A stretch of 20,000 nucleotides of DNA from an uncultured virus (IMG/VR IMGVR_UViG_3300042907_002442). Taxonomy: Duplodnaviria; Heunggongvirae; Uroviricota; Caudoviricetes. Numbering within the stretch: the first letter of the stretch is position 1; every line of letters begins with the position of its first letter. The notes beneath the pieces were generated by a model. That model was given only the letters and a program-made list of their open reading frames with translations, ran no database searches and was not told the DNA's origin. The position numbers and the translations under genes are program-made. Where the stretch lies: the IMG/VR virus record IMGVR_UViG_3300042907_002442; one strand, given 5' to 3'. Positions 18,585-20,000 of this stretch are shown piece after piece.

Positions 18585-18591
18585 TATTTAT
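18585..18591 (+). promoter_or_regulatory. TATTTAT motif, putative late promoter (copy 4)
   Basis: Lies 12 nt upstream of the ATG at 18604. Confidence 0.5.
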
Positions 18592-18603
18592 TATTAAAAA
18601 TTA

Positions 18604-19488
18604 ATGCCCCTTCAATCCATTATAGTTGTCAATACTGCGCCAGGTTGTGATAATTTAATAGAACAACAAATCTCGGCGGATACCTGTAATAACTATATTG
18701 TACGGATTACTCCGAATACAAATGCGTTAGGTCCCTTTGATGTTTACGTAGATACAACAGGTTCAACACCAGTGTATTCTGCTCAGACAAGAACTCAAAT
18801 GATAAATGGGGTTGTTGTGCAATTGGGTCCTTGTATTACACCTACTCCTACACCAACACCTAGTTTCACTCCAACACCTAATGTAACTCCAACACAAACA
18901 GCTACCCCATCTGAAACTCCGACAAACACTCCCACACCTTCGATTACGCCATCAGGAAGCGAAACACCAACGCCAACTCCTACATTTACAAGTACACCAA
19001 CGCAAACACCAACATATACACCTTCTGAGACTCCTACCGAAACTCCTACAGAAACACCGACTGAAACTCCAACTTCGACAACGACGCAAACTCCGACTCA
19101 AACCGAAACTCCAACACAAACAGCTACTCCAACCACAACACCAACACCAACTCCAACAATATCAGTTTTTGAAATTGCAATCATAACTCAAGATGGTATT
19201 GAGTTGATAAGTCAAGATGGTAGTAATTGGATTTTACAACAAGAAATAAATTCATATCTAGTTTCCAGTGGTGATTCGATTTGTCAGTCTGGTTCGTATT
19301 CACTGACTCAGACACTTTATTCTGCATCCCCAAGTTGGACCACAGCCGTAAGTTTCTATACAGATAATGGTCTAACAACTCCTTTCAACGGTAATAATTT
19401 GTATTATAGTAATGATGTTGGTGGATGTGAAATGTGGCAAATAGGAACGGATGGATTTGTAATTGGTTTAATATGTTCAAACTGTTAA
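18604..19488 (+). CDS. Two-domain protein with a long Pro/Thr-rich stalk, putative virion appendage (294 aa)
   Basis: N-terminal Cys-containing beta domain, about 107 aa of TP/ETP repeats, a TQDG/SQDG doublet and a C-terminal Cys-containing domain ([13 protein letters not shown]). Confidence 0.72.
   Translation: MPLQSIIVVNTAPGCDNLIEQQISADTCNNYIVRITPNTNALGPFDVYVDTTGSTPVYSAQTRTQMINGVVVQLGPCITPTPTPTPSFTPTPNVTPTQTATPSETPTNTPTPSITPSGSETPTPTPTFTSTPTQTPTYTPSETPTETPTETPTETPTSTTTQTPTQTETPTQTATPTTTPTPTPTISVFEIAIITQDGIELISQDGSNWILQQEINSYLVSSGDSICQSGSYSLTQTLYSASPSWTTAVSFYTDNGLTTPFNGNNLYYSNDVGGCEMWQIGTDGFVIGLICSNC
18838..19158 (+). repeat. Low-complexity Thr-Pro coding repeat
   Basis: TPTPTPTPS...[16 protein letters not shown]...TPTPTPT, with highly varied synonymous codons. 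Confidence 0.9.
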
Positions 19489-19519
19489 AAAATAAAAAAA
19501 AGAAATAGAAAAAATAAAA

Positions 19520-19527
19520 TATTTATA
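19520..19527 (+). promoter_or_regulatory. TATTTATA motif, putative late promoter (copy 5)
   Basis: TATTTAT ends 5 nt before the ATG at 19532. Confidence 0.55.
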
Positions 19528-19531
19528 GGTT

Positions 19532-20000
19532 ATGGCAACAACAAGAATTACGGATTTACCGATAGTATTATCAGCAGCCCCCGCTGATGTATTATATATA
19601 GTAACAGACTATACTGGGGGAACATCAGGTACCTCGGGGCAAATCGCGTTTTCTGCCTTGACTGCAAGTATCACAGGGGGAACGAGTGGTACATCAGGTA
19701 CAAGTGGAACTTCGGGTAACTCAGGCACATCAGGTACAAGTGGAACTTCGGGTAACTCTGGTACTTCAGGTACAAGTGGAACTTCGGGTAACTCTGGTAC
19801 TTCAGGTACAAGTGGAACTTCGGGTAACTCTGGTACTTCAGGTACAAGTGGAACTTCGGGTAACTCAGGCACATCAGGTACAAGTGGAACTTCGGGTAAC
19901 TCTGGTACATCAGGTACAAGTGGAACTTCGGGTAACTCTGGTACTTCAGGTACAAGTGGAACTTCGGGTAACTCTGGTACTTCAGGTACAAGTGGAACTT
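19532..20000 (+). CDS. Putative fibre protein with Gly-Thr-Ser (collagen-like Gly-X-Y) repeat, 3'-truncated; absent from the supplied ORF track
   Basis: The ATG at 19532 reads MATTRITDLPIVLSAAPADVLYIVTDYTGGTSGTSGQIAFSALTASITGGTSGT(SGTSGTSGNSGT)n with no stop before the window end. The ITDLP N-terminus resembles the anchoring N-termini of phage fibres. Confidence 0.85.
   Translation, partial: MATTRITDLPIVLSAAPADVLYIVTDYTGGTSGTSGQIAFSALTASITGGTSGTSGTSGTSGNSGTSGTSGTSGNSGTSGTSGTSGNSGTSGTSGTSGNSGTSGTSGTSGNSGTSGTSGTSGNSGTSGTSGTSGNSGTSGTSGTSGNSGTSGTSGT
19694..20000 (+). repeat. 36-bp tandem repeat, 8 full copies plus a partial copy, running off the window
   Basis: Invariant TCAGGTACAAGTGGAACTTCGGGTAAC followed by TCTGGTACT, TCAGGCACA or TCTGGTACA. 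Units start at 19694, 19730, 19766, 19802, 19838, 19874, 19910, 19946 and 19982. Confidence 0.97.

Noticed and set aside
326..19378. Short minus-strand and nested alternative-frame ORFs in the track (60-100 aa)
   Set aside because: All lie within long plus-strand genes and show no recognisable motifs, as expected for shadow ORFs.
19609..19991. Minus-strand repetitive ORFs (87 aa and 106 aa)
   Set aside because: Shadows of the plus-strand Gly-Thr-Ser repeat gene, which has a proper ATG, an upstream motif and synonymous-only variation.
19694..20000. 36-bp repeats as a CRISPR array
   Set aside because: The units are directly adjacent with no unique spacers, all variation is synonymous in an open frame, and no cas genes are present.
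1..20000. Stop-codon reassignment as in some large phages
   Set aside because: The standard code gives near-complete coding density, and TAG (16039-16041) and TGA (18177-18179) both end genes right at the next start.

Overview
AT-rich, densely coding, all-plus-strand segment that reads as part of a large contractile-tailed (myovirus-like) phage genome, probably infecting a Bacteroidota host. The host call is inferred from SprB-type repeats, a DUF5522-like gene and A/T-rich starts without clear Shine-Dalgarno sequences. The window begins in the 3' part of a class II (B12-dependent) ribonucleotide reductase and a small Cys-cluster gene. A long virion-structural cluster follows: a gp25-like protein, a gp6/J-like baseplate wedge, a 1619-aa protein with an internal membrane-like segment, several uncharacterised proteins (one with a PKD module), a gpI/gp7-like wedge protein, an SprB-repeat protein and a Pro/Thr-stalk protein. 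The last ORF, missing from the supplied track, has a near-perfect 36-bp repeat encoding a Pro-free Gly-X-Y tract. Unexplained signals: a TATTTAT motif before all five genes that follow a real intergenic gap; a C-terminal domain shared by the wedge and SprB-repeat proteins; a recurrent [ST]-[GA]-x-T peptide motif in distal structural proteins; frequent terminal cysteines; and a terminator-like hairpin inside the gene coupled to nrdJ. All family assignments are from motif recognition by eye; no searches were run.
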